Shown piece by piece: positions 24,333-37,672 of a stretch of DNA of 64,000 bases. Each line of letters opens with the position of its first letter. Within the stretch, counting starts at the first letter, position 1. Origin of the DNA: Thalia democratica (Eukaryota); NCBI GenBank assembly GCA_965202585.1, contig OZ241827.1:49042001-49106000 (forward strand). Direction: 5' to 3'. Made by a program: the position numbers and the translations under genes. The notes under the pieces are model-generated. The model saw nothing but the letters and a program-made list of their open reading frames with translations, was not told the origin of the DNA and ran no database searches.

Positions 24333-27300
24333 CTGTGCACAAATTTCATTGAAAAACGTCGTATCGAAATGTTCAAAGTGACGTTTAAAATTTAATGCCA
24401 GCACTTCAATGTGTTAAAATATTTTTTATTTTCAGATTCTCTTATAATACTTAAAGCTTTAATTTAATTTACAAAAAAAAAACTAAATCAAGAGTTATTT
24501 CAATATCAATCACTGAAATAAATTTTACCATATTCGAAGCTTTTACCCCTTTTTCATAAAACATCTGTGTCTAAAACAATAGCAGTACAAAATATAAGGT
24601 CAACTTTACTACAATACAAACGAATCCCCTAAATTAAATTTAAAATTAGAATTTTCAACCAAGTTTCTTAAATAGGTATTAAGCCAAAATAAATAAAAAC
24701 AGTGTTTTAGTTTAAAAAGTTAGAACTAAATTTATTTTCTTATGATGCAGTTGTTATTATACATCTCACAAATATTAAATTTAACTTTAATTTGTCAAAA
24801 TTTTAGAAGTAAAGCCGATTTTGAAGTCTTAAAAGCTATTTATAAACTAATTTTCGACTTTATTCTTTCATATTACAAGCTTACTTAAATTACGATTTTG
24901 ATGCTACAGGTAATATTTTGAAAAATAACCCAAGCTTAAACTTTAATAAATCTCAACCTGATTCAATAAACAATTTTAATTTCAAAATATGTAACTAAAT
25001 AAACCTTTTGAATATGGAACAACATCAATATGCTTAATATATTTAATAAAAAGTATTTTGTTACGATTAACAATAAATCATGTACCTAATAGAGCTTTAA
25101 CTTTTTTTTAACTTTATATTAGTATCTGGTTATATAGATATAATGTTTTACTAAAGAAACTAAAATACTATAAAGAAATATAAAAATACTAAAACTATAA
25201 TAAAGTAAAATAATTGTTTTTGATTTTTATTCGAACCAGTAAAATTCATAAAAAGTAAGAAGCAAACTTTGCATAGTACTTACCAATATATTTACCATAG
25301 GTCTAAGTATTTCAATAGTTCTTTAAATAAAATGTGTTTAAAGAAATATTTATCAACTTTGTGGGACTGATAAATAAATACAGACCAACTTATTAAACGA
25401 AAACCGAGCTAGAAATATACTAGTTTTTGTATAAACATAATACATTAGGGTTGTCAAATGTTTTTGGAAAGTTTTTTCCAGGTTTTCAAAATTACACGTT
25501 TTAGGGTCTACTTGTAGTTTAAAATAGTTTATAGTTAAAAACTGTGTTAAATAGTATAACGACATTTAATAGATATCTTTGAGATAGGTGCACGACTATT
25601 CAAATTCGGACAATTCAAATTATTTAAAAAAATTGAAAGGGCCACAAATAAAAAAGTAATGTATGTTTGTCAAATATAAAAAATACATTTGTATGTTATA
25701 TTGATATCTACAAGTTTTTTCTTTTTGCAAAACATTAAATATTTTTTAAGATATGGCTTAAATAAAGTAAAAAACAAAGTCATTTTTAGTAATTTTAAAA
25801 TATCTTGAAAAATATTCAAGATTTTGCAAAAAAAAAAAAAGTGGCTTGTAGATATCAATAAGATCTACATATGTATTTTTTATTTTTTCAAATTTATATT
25901 ATTTATTAAGATATAGTCTGTTAAATAATTTTTTAAGAATTTTAATAGTCGGAATTCGAGTTGTCTGAATTTGAATTGTCATGTAACCCTTAGAGCTTCT
26001 TTAAATGTGTTTTTTGATAAAATAAATTTTGATGATGACAAAAAAATTATCTACATGATATATTTTTTGTGTTAAATCGAAATTTTATTACTAACATGTA
26101 AAGTTTGTTTAAAATTCCAGGTATTTTTAGCCTACATTGTCAAATTTTTCCAGGATGCCAGGTTTTTTGGCAACCGTGCTACATGTTTGTTCTACAATTA
26201 CTGTTATCAATTAAAAACTAATTACGGCTTCAACAACTATTTAAATATCATATCTAATAAAACAATTTAAAAATACTATTTGAATTTACTTATATCTAAA
26301 TTCTACCTTATTAATAAGATTCAGTAATTTAAATTAATAAAAACAAATTTTACAGTAATCTCCCTTTATTGTAATAAATACTCTTTCCATTAATAACGCA
26401 GTTAAAGTGTGTTGATTAGTTAACACACAGAAACATATGTTGGTACAATAAAGGAAGATTACTGTATAATTTGTTTTTATTAATATTCCAGTGAACTTGT
26501 TTCACTAGGATCTTTTGTTAGCAAACGATTAAATATATATTTCGAACAGTAATTTAAATAACCTTGATGAGGGTCCTCAACTGACCTTGAAGACTTAGAA
26601 GATAAACATTTCAAATAAAATTTTAAATATACATAAAAACAGATGGCATTTAATATTTAGTACTTCTATAACACTACAATAGAAAAGCTTCTTAGATTTT
26701 TAAATTATTTTTTTCTCAGTTTTGTGTTAAATTAAAAAACTTATTGAGTTTAAAATTAAGAAAAAAAATTTATTGAAAACTTATAAAAATTACTATTCGT
26801 GGATAAAATACAAGTCTACAGTATCAAAAACAAATATTTTTTTTTAAGTATTTTTTTCTGTTTAAGTATTTGAACTAATCAAAGTAAAATAAAAGAAGTA
26901 AATGAAGATTATAAACGTTTTATTTTTTTATTCAATTAAATCCCAAAAAAAATATTATATAAAAACAATAGCAAAACAGTTATAAAATTCTAAAAGATGG
27001 TTCTCTTAGAAAAAATCGTGTTACAATTAACTTTAGGTAACCTGAACTAACTTTTATGCATATGCAATAGAATACTTGTTACTTGTTGCAAGTAACTTGG
27101 TTCTTTTGAAAACTTGAATACTTTATGAACGCTCAACGGCATAAGACACATTAGTTCATTATTAAAAAAACTACTATTAAACAAACAAATTCAATTAATC
27201 AAAAGTTCTAAATTAGCGTTATTTATCAAAGTTTAGGTAAGAATATTTCAAAACCAGCTCAAATATAATTTTTTATTAATGATACCTTTTTTCGAATACA

Positions 27301-30300
27301 AATATGTAAGTCAAAAACTTCAGATATAAGGTTTACAGATTACTATTATTAACAAATTTTATTTAGTTATTGAGCAACGTATAATATGCCTAGAAAACTA
27401 ATAGTAAAATTAACATGAATGAATCACTATACACATACTTTGCAGAAAAAAATTATGAGGTCTATATACCATACTTATGCCTTGTAGCTATTTAATAAAC
27501 TTATCGACTTATTTCTTTGTATTCAATTCTTAAGCCATGAGCTTTCATAAAAATAAACAAGCAACAACCAGGCTGAATTAACAAAAACATGAACTTTGTT
27601 ATTCTATTCTATGTAATAATTAATTTATTTTATTTTAGAATTATGTTTAATTTGCCATATATACAAACTTATATATTATTATCAAAATTAAGGTATCACA
27701 TTTTATAAAATCTAGAAAAAAACTACTTTTTAATTACTTACAAACGATTGTAGCTTTTATTAGTTTTTCCTACTTACTTATCTTTTATATGCTTACAATA
27801 AAAGCTGATTGAAACTTGAACATCAAGTTTGCTTTATAACAAAAAAAATGTTAAAAAGAAAAAAAATTAACTAAAATCTATACAAACGACGTAAAATATG
27901 CAACAGCTTAGAAAAATGTATAATTGACTTAAATAAATGATTGTAAAACAACTTAACAATCAGATGCACTTTTTTGTTATTATACACAAGGACCCTTAAT
28001 AACTTATATTTTAAATAAAATTTCAAAAACTATACTTTTGAACCTTTGTTTTTTTTTTAATTGAAAATTAACTTTTTTTTTTTTTTGGTAGGCATAAAAA
28101 ATTCTTAACTGATTTAATTTGTATACATGCAAATTTAGACTGAAATATGATTTTTTAACACGTTTTTGCAGGCAAAATAACTAAAACTCAAAAATATGAT
28201 AGATCAGTTAAAGAGTTAATCGAAACCAAAAAATGGAACTCCTTTAAACTTTTTATAAATCACAACAACATCAACAAAAGTGTTTTAATTCTTGCTTGGG
28301 ATTAGTTTTATTTGTTACAATTTTAACAAATAGCAGATGTTTAAAAGCTGCAGGCAGTAAGCTCAAACGTTTTTGACTCATAAACAATTTTTAAAAACAT
28401 GTAAATAAACAACAAATTATGTTGACATTAAATAGACAATACAAATACTGTTCTTTTTTAAGATGTCGTAAAAGTAATATTTTTTATGGTTTAAAAATAA
28501 TTGATGTGTGAGTGTTTAATTTACAAATGATTCAAAAACAAGCAAAACTAGTTGCTATTGAATAGAGAAAATTTTTAAAGTTTACTCATATTGATTCGTA
28601 TTTCATAAACTTATTCTTTTCAATTCAGTACAGTAATTTTAATGACTACAACTAAGGTTTCAATATTTTCCCAAACAAATGAAAAACGTGGTTAATGATC
28701 CCTTGTTAATACCTTTTTTTAACTAACTGACCACAATTTGTTTTAAATTATACAACCATTAAGTATCATATATTGGGAAAATTATAAAATTTTGAAGAGA
28801 ATATTATATCATAATGAGCCTTTTAAGTGTTTAGCCAGCTTCAAAATATACAATAACACTAATTTTAAGTGTTGTCAAAGCTCAGTTTCTAGTTCAGATA
28901 TAAAATAGATTAATATAAGCTTCTTTTTGTTAACTTGGTTAGTGATAATTGGAAAATTTTAAAACAATGATAAGAAAAGAGTTAAGTAAAAGTTAAAACC
29001 ATTTTGTTAGGAATACTTTACAACCAACTACTATCTGCTTTAAATCATTTATTTAAGTAGTATTTTACTGATTTTCTTTTAAACAAACTAAACTAACTTT
29101 ATCTAATCATCAAAACATTAACTTTTTTCAGAACACTTTTTTAAGTATGTTTTGGATCATTAAGAAATTAAAACGATGATAATAATTTTCTGATGAAAAT
29201 TAGTTTATTGAATTAAAGTTTAGTTTGTAATTTATTTTATCCTACACTAATTTATAAATATATTTTTTGTTTAGAATTCCTTGAAAACATAATACTTTTT
29301 GTTATAATATTTAAATTATTTTTCTTATTAATTTAAAAATCAACTCATACGGACTTGACAGTGTAATGCAACTAAATCTAAGTATAAAACTTATAAATTA
29401 ATTATAAATAATTTTAGTGCTTGGTCAAACTTATTAATCTAATTTAGTCACTATAAAAAGCTGCATTTGAAATAAGAAATAGATAAGTCATATATTTACC
29501 AAAGATATATTGATTTAATACGAAACAAACTATAAAACTAGTTATATATATAATGCTCATAAAAGTAAACTTTTAGATAAATTCGCATGTAGTCATTCAG
29601 TATTTGAGTAGTTTAACTACTAGTTGGTAGACTTGAATTGACTAAAACATTATATAAAAAAAACTAACAATTTATACAACATCTGTAAATAATTGGAAAA
29701 TTAAAGTTATTTTAAATTAGTTGACTCGTGTATTTTCATAAAAAACTTATGAATGAGTGTGCGACAATTCAAATTCCAATAATAATGAGTTATAAAATTA
29801 TCTCTTTTACATAACTTTTTAGAAATTTTTACCCTAAATCTTAGTTACACTTTTTTTAATAAAAATAACTTATGAGATATGGCTAAAACAAGTTGTAAAA
29901 CTTACTAAAAAGTATATTTTTTCATTTAATATATTTTTTTTTATTTTTTGTTAAATTTTTTTTACTAGTACAATCTTATCAATTATACCTTTATATTTAC
30001 TTTTTTAATTTTAAATTACTTTTTGAGATGTAGCACCTTAAAATTTTTATTAGTATATAAATAGTTGGAATTTGAATTATCTTATAACCTTTATAAATCA
30101 TTATAAAAAATTACTAGTCACTATCAAAATACATAATAAAAAAGAGCTAAAGAATTAACTACTTAACCATCAAACAGTTTTTCTTTAGACTTTTGCTTTG
30201 TATTCAATTTTTTTTTTTATTCTTCAAACAGATAAGTCTTAGTAAAATTTTTAACAAACTCAAAGTAAGATTATCTCATTAAGATTAGAGACTAAAGTTC

Positions 30301-33300
30301 CAACTAGTTTACTCAAAAAACCTCTTTACTTTCTGTTCAGGTTTTTAACGGTACAGACAAAATCAAAATAATAAATCCTTGAATAAAATTCTCAAGGACG
30401 AGTCAATATTCTTTTTTGACTTAAAGTACTTTGGTTTTAAAAAAGTTAACTATTTAATAGCAAATTAATAAAAGTTGCTCAAAAGTTTAGAAATATTTTA
30501 AAGCTAAACTGAACCAAAACTACAGTTTTTAAACTAGAAACAAGTTCATGTTTTAAAAAAAATTGCCATACCAAAATTTATCAAACTTTTAAATCTATAA
30601 TTCAATATACTTTGTAATTTTTAAATAGAGGATTGCCAAAAGTTTTATGAATTTTTTTTTTACTTTTCTGAATTTCTTCCAGGTTTTTCAAGTAATAGTT
30701 ATTTTTGTCTATTTGTAGTGTAAAGTTAAGTTTAAGTTAAAATGCTGTGTTAAAAAGGATAAAAATATTGAAAATATACTGTGATGTCACTATAAATGTG
30801 TTTTATAATAAATAAAATTATAAATAATACAAAAAAAACTGTTTATGATAGATTTTTTGTAGCTAATATAAATTAAATTATTTTTCATGAAAAGTTGCTT
30901 AAATACCAGGTTTTTCAAAGTTTTTTGTGCCTAGATTGTCTAAATCAGGTTTTTTTGGCAACCCTGTATAAAGATAACCTAAAGTTTTCAATAAAGAATA
31001 TATACAAACATTAACTAATTTAATAAGGCTTTTTTTATAAAATAAAACTTTTTTAATTGGTATTAAATAAAAAAATTAAATTAAAACCTTTGCTAGACTA
31101 TTTAGCAATAGTTTTAAAAATTAATTAATTAAAATAACATAAAAGCACTCACAGGAGCTGGCGCAAGTCCTCCGGTTGCCGGCTCAATTTTGCTGTTTGT
31201 AAACATCTGCGGCTGGTTATCAAAAGCTATAAAACATATGATTGATAACAAGCTATCTAATTATTACTCTTAGTTTTTATGTATCAATACTGCATTTATG
31301 AATTGGTTTTAAGATTACAGACTATTATTATAAATATAAGTCCTTATTGCTCAATAAACTTTTAAGCACATAATATATAACAGAAGTTAAAGATCTTAGG
31401 GTGTTATTTGAACATTTAAAATTTAAAAGCAAAAGAAATACTATTAAAAATATTTTTACTTTTCATGCAGCTTAGAACTGCAAAATAAGCATATCTTTCA
31501 ATAATAAAAGTAATCATAAAACAAAGGTAAACAACCTCTGAGGTCAACATTTGTAATTTGTGGTGGAGGCTGGGAAACTGGTGGTGGTGGTCCTCTGTAA
31601 AACTAAAAAAAAATATTCTTTTTTAGAATTTTATCAGCATTTAGTTTAGTGTTAAAAAATGTTTAATAAAATTTTCCAACAAAATTTAAGGTTCATAAAC
31701 TTAAAAAACCCAATTACAATGATGATACTTGATGGTCAATCAAACTACATGTCACAATAAATAAAAACATTAACTTAGGAATTTCCTAAATATTTTACAC
31801 GAAACAGAAAAAGGTGCTATATGAAGAATTTAAATTACAGTTCTTGTAGCTAAATAGTTCTAAAATAAGTATTCTAAATAAGTTTCAAGTAAAATATTAA
31901 GTGCCTGCGTTAATAAACTCAACAATAAAATGTGATTAAACTTACAGTAAAAAACATTCTCAGCTATATTTTTTTATAATTAATTAATAAATATATGCAA
32001 GAAAAAGTATATGCTACAACTCACTCCATCAACTTGAGCCCTCAGTAGAACTTGCCTGCGTTTACGTTCCTCCATATCTGCGTTGTGTTGCTCGATTCGC
32101 CTGTATAGATGTGATAACTACATTTGCTTAAAAGTTACTTGTTTTACAAACTCAATCATATACAGACTAATAACTTACCGAAAAAATATAAAGAAACTTC
32201 TAAACATGTAATCTTACATCATACATAAACAACTTTTAAAGTTAATTATAGTGTGTTTAAATACAACATCAAATTAGATCAAAACATTTTTATCAAAAAA
32301 AAAGCATTATTTGTGCAACTTAAGCGCATTTTTAAATTATACCATTTATTTATATTTCGATTCTTACGTGATACAAGCTTAAAACACAACGTTACTGTAT
32401 AATTGTTTTACTAAGATAAAACAAGAATTAATACTCTTTTTTTGTGTGTAGACAACTGTTTTTTTAATTACATTATTAATAAAGCTCTGCACGTCTTATA
32501 TCAGTTAAGATAAACTCTATAAAACAATTTAAAATTTTTAGAATTATTTCTATGATTAAAGCAAAATAAATCTAACATAAGGTCGTTTTGTCTCCTTCTT
32601 GCTATTTCATTTAATTTTTCTTCTTCTAACTTTTGTAACTCCTGCTGTTTTCGCAACAACTCTGCAAGTTAAACAATTTTACAAAAAATACCACAACAAA
32701 CTTATTTTTATTATCTTTGCAAGTTCATAACCAACACAATAACTAGAAACTTTCTAATTACTGATTTTTTTTTCTAATAAACGAAAAATTTAAAGTATAA
32801 CAACAAATACAACGTAAATATTAGACTGAAAACTACCTTCCTTCAGCATCATGCTCTTGTGATCCCTTTCAAAGTTTTCCATCTCTGATTCCAGCTGAGT
32901 GCGTTCGTTTTGAATGTTCCTTTCGAGCTGCTCCCTCTGCTCTTTTTCCAGGTCGTACAGGGCTTTCCACCTCCTTGCGTACTGTTCTTCGACCGACCCT
33001 ATCTTTGCAAACCTAGGTTCCATTTCTCTGTCCCTGCGTAGTAAAGAAATTTGCAACTTTTGGCTATATATATTTTTGTTATACAACTTTATACTACATC
33101 AAGTCATTTCAAAGCGTAATGTGATGAATTAGTACAACATTAAACTGCCTTAAAATTTATATAGTGTTTATAGCTAAGACAACAACAACAATAAAAACTT
33201 TACTCTACTGTTATTAAATCTAACAGTGTTAAATTTAATATATTAGTATTTAAAAATAACTGACAGCTCCATGCATGTTAAAATTATACAAAACTCAAAT

Positions 33301-36215
33301 TAAATATTGATTATAAACATTGAATGCTAAACTTTAAAAATAAAATTTAGGTCTTAACTATTAACTAGAGGGTTCTTACACAATAGTTATTAGAATAAAG
33401 TTTATTTTGAGTTTTCTCTTTCAAAATTCTACAAGATGCATCATTTTTAAAAGAATGACAAAATTAACTGATTTCAAGTAAGTAAAATCTAAATCTGTTT
33501 TATATATAAATACTGTAATTACATGTGATAAAAGTTGTTTTTAACAACAATTTTATCCAGAAGACCGTCTTCTTCATCTTCAGCTTCGTACATTTCAGCT
33601 GAAACTGGTTTGGGCTGCCTAGTAACAAAGAAGCAACCTTCCTGTAAAAATTAAATTTATTTGATATGTTTTGCTTCATAACCCGTTTCGTCAAACAGTA
33701 CTTAAATATAAACTTAAAATATTTAGAAATTAGATTCAAATGTGTTTGAAATTCAATTAGAATAATATACTTTACTAAATTTAGTTTTGTTTTAATACTT
33801 TGATTTGAGAAGTTTTTTGTTTATCAAGTAAAAAAAATATGTTTTAGTACTACTTGGTAGTTTCCTAAAACTAGACTTTTATTCAATTATTCATAATTTA
33901 AAAAAAGTTTTAACAAAAAATAAATTTAATTAGTATAACTTATAACAGTTGATTATTATAGCACTATATTATAAGAGACTCAATAAGTTATAAAAATTGT
34001 TTTAAAAAATATTTAAATTAATATTTTTATACCATTAATACAACTAACACTACATTGGGTAACAGCTTTTAATGCACTAGATTTTCTAGCGAAATCTACA
34101 GTTCCTTTGCAAGTAGATCTTCCTTTTGAGTCACAAATAACAACAGCACGTTCAACAGTTCCAAATTGTTCAAATGCAATTTTCAAAAGCTCATTTGTGA
34201 CCTAAAGATAAAATATTAATCATTACAAATTACAATAGTTATAAACATAAATATAAACTTTGTTACTAACATTTTTTTAATAACTAATTATGACGATGTT
34301 TCTTACTAACAGTGTTCGAAAAGTTCTTGACAAGAATACTTGCTTGAGTGCTATTTCTAACCCTTAGAGTTCTACCAGCTATTACATGACCATTGATGGC
34401 TTGCTTGAATTTTTCAGCTTCCTCTCTAGTATTCTAAAATACATGTAAGATTTAAATCTCTAAACAAAATATCTAAGTTGTGTATATTGTCGTTTTTATT
34501 ACAATATAAGTTAAAAGTTGTATGAGAGCGTTTTTTATTATAAAAAAAATGCCGAAATTGCCTTACTTTTTTTGTTTTAAATGTAATAATGTTATTAGTG
34601 GGAATAAAATAAATACTTGCAGGGTTACAATAAGCTTTTTTTTATAACTTTCTGAATTACTTTGAGGTTTTTGAAAGTACAAGTTTTTTGTCTACTTTTA
34701 GTACAAATTTAAATTAAAGCTAAAATACTGTCATAATGGTATAAAAATGTTAAAAAGATAGTAGATTTTTTGTACCTAATCTAAATTTCATAATTTTTTA
34801 GTATGTAAGAAATGTTTAAAAACAGGCTTTTCTAATTTTTTAAATGCCTAAATTGTCAAATTTCAGAGTTTATGGCAACCCTGATACTTATAAAAATACG
34901 CTGATTAAAAACATGATTAAATTAGTTCATCTTTTACCACAACTTTGTGAAAAGCTACGAAAACTAAACTTATTTAATAAAATAAATGATAATCTTTTGT
35001 GTCTTTGTTTATACATTTTTTAGTTATTATAACAAGTATATTTTTAATGTACATATCCTTCACATTTACTCAATACATAACAATAAATAAAATAAAGAGG
35101 AATTTAATTAAATACAGCAGCAAAATAAAACATTTGAAACATCAATGATTTATTACATTCTGATAAGTTAATTGTAGTTAAAGAGGTAAAAATTAAATTC
35201 CAGACCATTTATCTTTTGATAAAACATAATTTTAAAAATTATATAAAATTAAGTGTTTTAAGTCATACAAATAAAAAGTTACCATTTTAATAAATGCAAA
35301 GCACTTTTCTTTGTTGTAAAACATGTCAGTGAGTGTTCCATATTCACTAAACAATTTACGAGCCTGGTCTTCTGTATATGTTAATGGAAATCCACCAACA
35401 TACATTCTACAGTTCCTCAACATTGCTGGTTGTTGTTCAGTAATTTTTATTTTTGGACTTTGAGATTTGACTGTTTTAAGCAATTTTATTTTAAGAACCA
35501 TATGTTGAATTAATAACAATAAATGAATTTATAATAATCTACCAATTTACTTTAATTATTGTATACTTAATTTAATATTGATCAGTTTTTCAACAGGTAG
35601 TCTAACAATACTATCTTTTTTTTACTTTTTTTAAATAAACATCTTTATACACAATAACAAATTTAATGGGCTGTAAACAGAGTTTTGATACTGTAACTTT
35701 AATTGTACATTCAACAACTTAATAAATTTGAAGCAATAAGTCTGAAAATCAAACTAATATCTAGTTTATACAAACTTAAAGTAAAAGTTAAAGACATAGT
35801 ACAGTTTTTTTTGCTTATGCTACCTACTACTTTACTGAATACTTGGGATATAAAAAGTATTTTATATATAAATTAGTACAAAAAACTGTTTTTAAACTTA
35901 ATAAACAACATTAGAAAATGTATATTGCTTACCAGTTGGAATTTTGTCATTGGTTACATTAGGAGCTTTAGTAGCTGGAGCTTTAATAGCTGGAGCTTTA
36001 ATAGCTTGAGCTTTAGTAGGCGCAGCAGAAGTTGTTTTTACTGTCTTTACAACAGTAGACTGTTTATTGTTATTTGAATTTTCCTTTTTTATTTCAGGCC
36101 CTTTATTGGTATTGTAAGGTTTGTGTCTAAAGTTATTGTTGGGAAACCTTCCTCTAAAATTACCTCTTCCACGATAACCTCCTCTAATGCCACCTCGTTG
36201 CATATGTCTAGTCAT
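24177..36215 (-). CDS. NONO-like (DBHS): DBHS-family RNA-binding protein (NONO/SFPQ/PSPC1/nonA-like), multi-exon
   Basis: Phase-checked exons on -: 35933-36215, 35283-35470, 34311-34433, 34049-34201, 33523-33641, 32837-33033, 32577-32661, 32025-32100, [frame gap], 31536-31594, 31153-31226, 24177-24332. RGG N-terminus, RRM1 (RMYVGGFP...KCFAFIKM), RRM2 ([37 protein letters not shown]), NOPS ([28 protein letters not shown]), coiled coil, C-terminal EPKRRY. Confidence 0.93.
25446..26178. mobile_element. Family B MITE interrupted by a nested element
   Basis: tagggttgtcaa...ttttggcaaccgtg; internal sequence matches family B on both sides of the insertion. Confidence 0.7.
25587..25988. mobile_element. 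Short derivative of the minisatellite-TIR foldback family D
   Basis: Left end ggtgcacgactattcaaattcggacaattc and right end ttgaattgtcatgtaacc; same asymmetric ends as 45619-49416. Confidence 0.8.
26335..26570. repeat. Central palindrome and right-arm part of foldback family A
   Basis: tacagtaatctccctttattgta...tacaataaaggaagattactgta, then ccagtgaacttgtttcactaggatc (reverse complement of 12620-12650). Confidence 0.7.
30626..30966. mobile_element. Family B MITE, diverged
   Basis: aggattgccaaa...ttttggcaaccctg with family B internal sequence. Confidence 0.7.
31153..31226 (-). CDS. DBHS exon ([25 protein letters not shown])
   Basis: Acceptor ttttatag, donor GTGAGT; phase 1 to 0. Confidence 0.75.
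31536..31594 (-). CDS. DBHS Pro-rich exon ([19 protein letters not shown])
   Basis: Acceptor ttttacag, donor GTTGTT; ends in phase 1 matching the next exon, but needs a phase-2 entry. Confidence 0.65.
32025..32100 (-). CDS. DBHS coiled-coil exon ([25 protein letters not shown])
   Basis: Acceptor ctatacag, donor GTGAGT; phase 2 to 0. Confidence 0.85.
32577..32661 (-). CDS. DBHS coiled-coil exon ([28 protein letters not shown])
   Basis: Acceptor cttgcag, donor GTTAGA; phase 1 to 2. Confidence 0.88.
32837..33033 (-). CDS. DBHS NOPS / coiled-coil exon
   Basis: [65 protein letters not shown]; acceptor tacgcag, donor GTAGTT. Confidence 0.93.
33523..33641 (-). CDS. DBHS exon, end of RRM2 and start of NOPS
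   Basis: [39 protein letters not shown], compare NONO [30 protein letters not shown]. Confidence 0.92.
34049..34201 (-). CDS. DBHS RRM2 exon
   Basis: [51 protein letters not shown]; donor GTTAGT. Confidence 0.93.
34311..34433 (-). CDS. DBHS RRM1-RRM2 junction exon
   Basis: [41 protein letters not shown]; phase 0 to 0. Confidence 0.9.
34620..34883. mobile_element. Family B-like MITE in a DBHS intron
   Basis: cagggttacaa...tatggcaaccctg; flanks atacttg / atactta. Confidence 0.65.
35283..35470 (-). CDS. DBHS RRM1 exon
   Basis: ...[44 protein letters not shown]; acceptor aaaacag in phase 1, donor GTAACT. Confidence 0.92.
35933..36215 (-). CDS. DBHS first coding exon (RGG-rich, then K/A/P repeats)
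   Basis: ATG at 36215; upstream acceptor ttttaag at 36222; donor G|GTAAG. Confidence 0.85.
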
Positions 36216-37499
36216 TATTATCTTAAAATACTGATTTATGTAACTATTTAAACTAAAAACAAATTTACACTTAGCTACTTTCAGTACAAGTTTAAAATCT
36301 CTATTAAAATAATTGTGATTTCAATGTAATACTTTATACTTAATGATTATAAATAGCTAGAAACATTTGAATTGTATTATAAAATAATTTAAACAGTGAT
36401 TCAAGTTTTTTAATTAAAACAATATTATTCTCTAAATTTTGTTTTCATAATTTTGAAAAGCTGCATACAGTTAACTGATAACAAAAAGACTTTTTAGCCC
36501 TCTTTAATAATAGTTATTTTAAATATGGGAAAAACTCTTAATTAATATATTTTATTTCTACTTTACTTATTTTAAAAAAGGTACAACATTTTTATTTACT
36601 TTTTGGTTTTTTTTTTCAAATAAGCTATCAGCTTTGTTTTACTCTTATTAAAAATGCAAAGTATCTTTAAAAATGGGAGAACAGAAACCTATTTAAAAAG
36701 CAAACTGAAATAATTATAACTTATTTTTATTTGTAAACACTTTAAAAGGAGGTATAACTTTTTTTTACAACTTAGTTCTAACTTAAATTTTTTAATAAGC
36801 TACCAGTTCCTTTTTACTGCTCTTAAAAATTCAAAGTATCTTTTGAAAAGGAAGAAACCTAATGGAAGAAATGAACTAAAATGGTAAAAAAAGACCATTT
36901 TAATAATAGTTTATTTTCTTCATTAGTTTATAACCAAACCTTTCCAATTTTTATTAGTCTAGTCATTTTTATATAATTTTTGATAAAAAATTAAATAAAT
37001 AATTATATTGCAGGACTAAATTTGTCTTTACTAAAATTGTATCATTTCCTAATCAAACTTGTTTGTTTAATTAATGGGTAGCCATTTGGTCGGAAAATAT
37101 GGAAATTAGACAATTTTTATAAAAATTTAAGACATTTAGGCAAGAAAAAAAACAACTGTTACATAAAATAAAAAATATATACATTAGTCAGAGTTTATTG
37201 TTTACAAAACACATTTTAAGTAGCTTTATAGCATCTTTTCAGTAAAGCATAAGTTAATTAAAGTTTAATTTTGTACTAAATTAAATTAATCTTTTTTTTT
37301 TTTTTATCTGGAATAAAATCAAAAAACATAAAATTAACTTTATCTTGAATTTATAGAGATTTATTTTTATACTCTGTTCAGTAAAAATCTCTTAAAATTG
37401 TAGGTATTTTAAATCCTATGATAGAATTTTAATATTTATTCTATAATTTTAATAAATATAAAATTTTACAATACATTTAAACTTAAAACTAATATTCTT

Positions 37500-37672
37500 T
37501 TTACATGTAAATGTTGTTTAAAATTACAGATTTTTCCAGGCTTTTGAGTGATTTTTGTTCAAAATTTCAGTGTTTTTTTTCAAAACTTCTCAAATTTCAG
37601 GTTTTTTAGCTTAAATTGTCAAATTCCAGGTATTTCCTGAATTTTACGGAATTCCAGGTTTTTTGGCAACCC
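37500..37672. mobile_element. Right half of a family B MITE
   Basis: caaaacttctcaaatttcagg...ttgtcaaattccagg...ttttggcaaccct. Confidence 0.7.

Noticed and set aside
26560-26600. ttgatgagggtc...gacc stem resembling an HHR stem II
   Set aside because: Both core boxes disrupted; cannot be supported
32914-33132. Plus-strand 72-aa ORF, and a similar one at 24171-24395
   Set aside because: Antisense to DBHS exons
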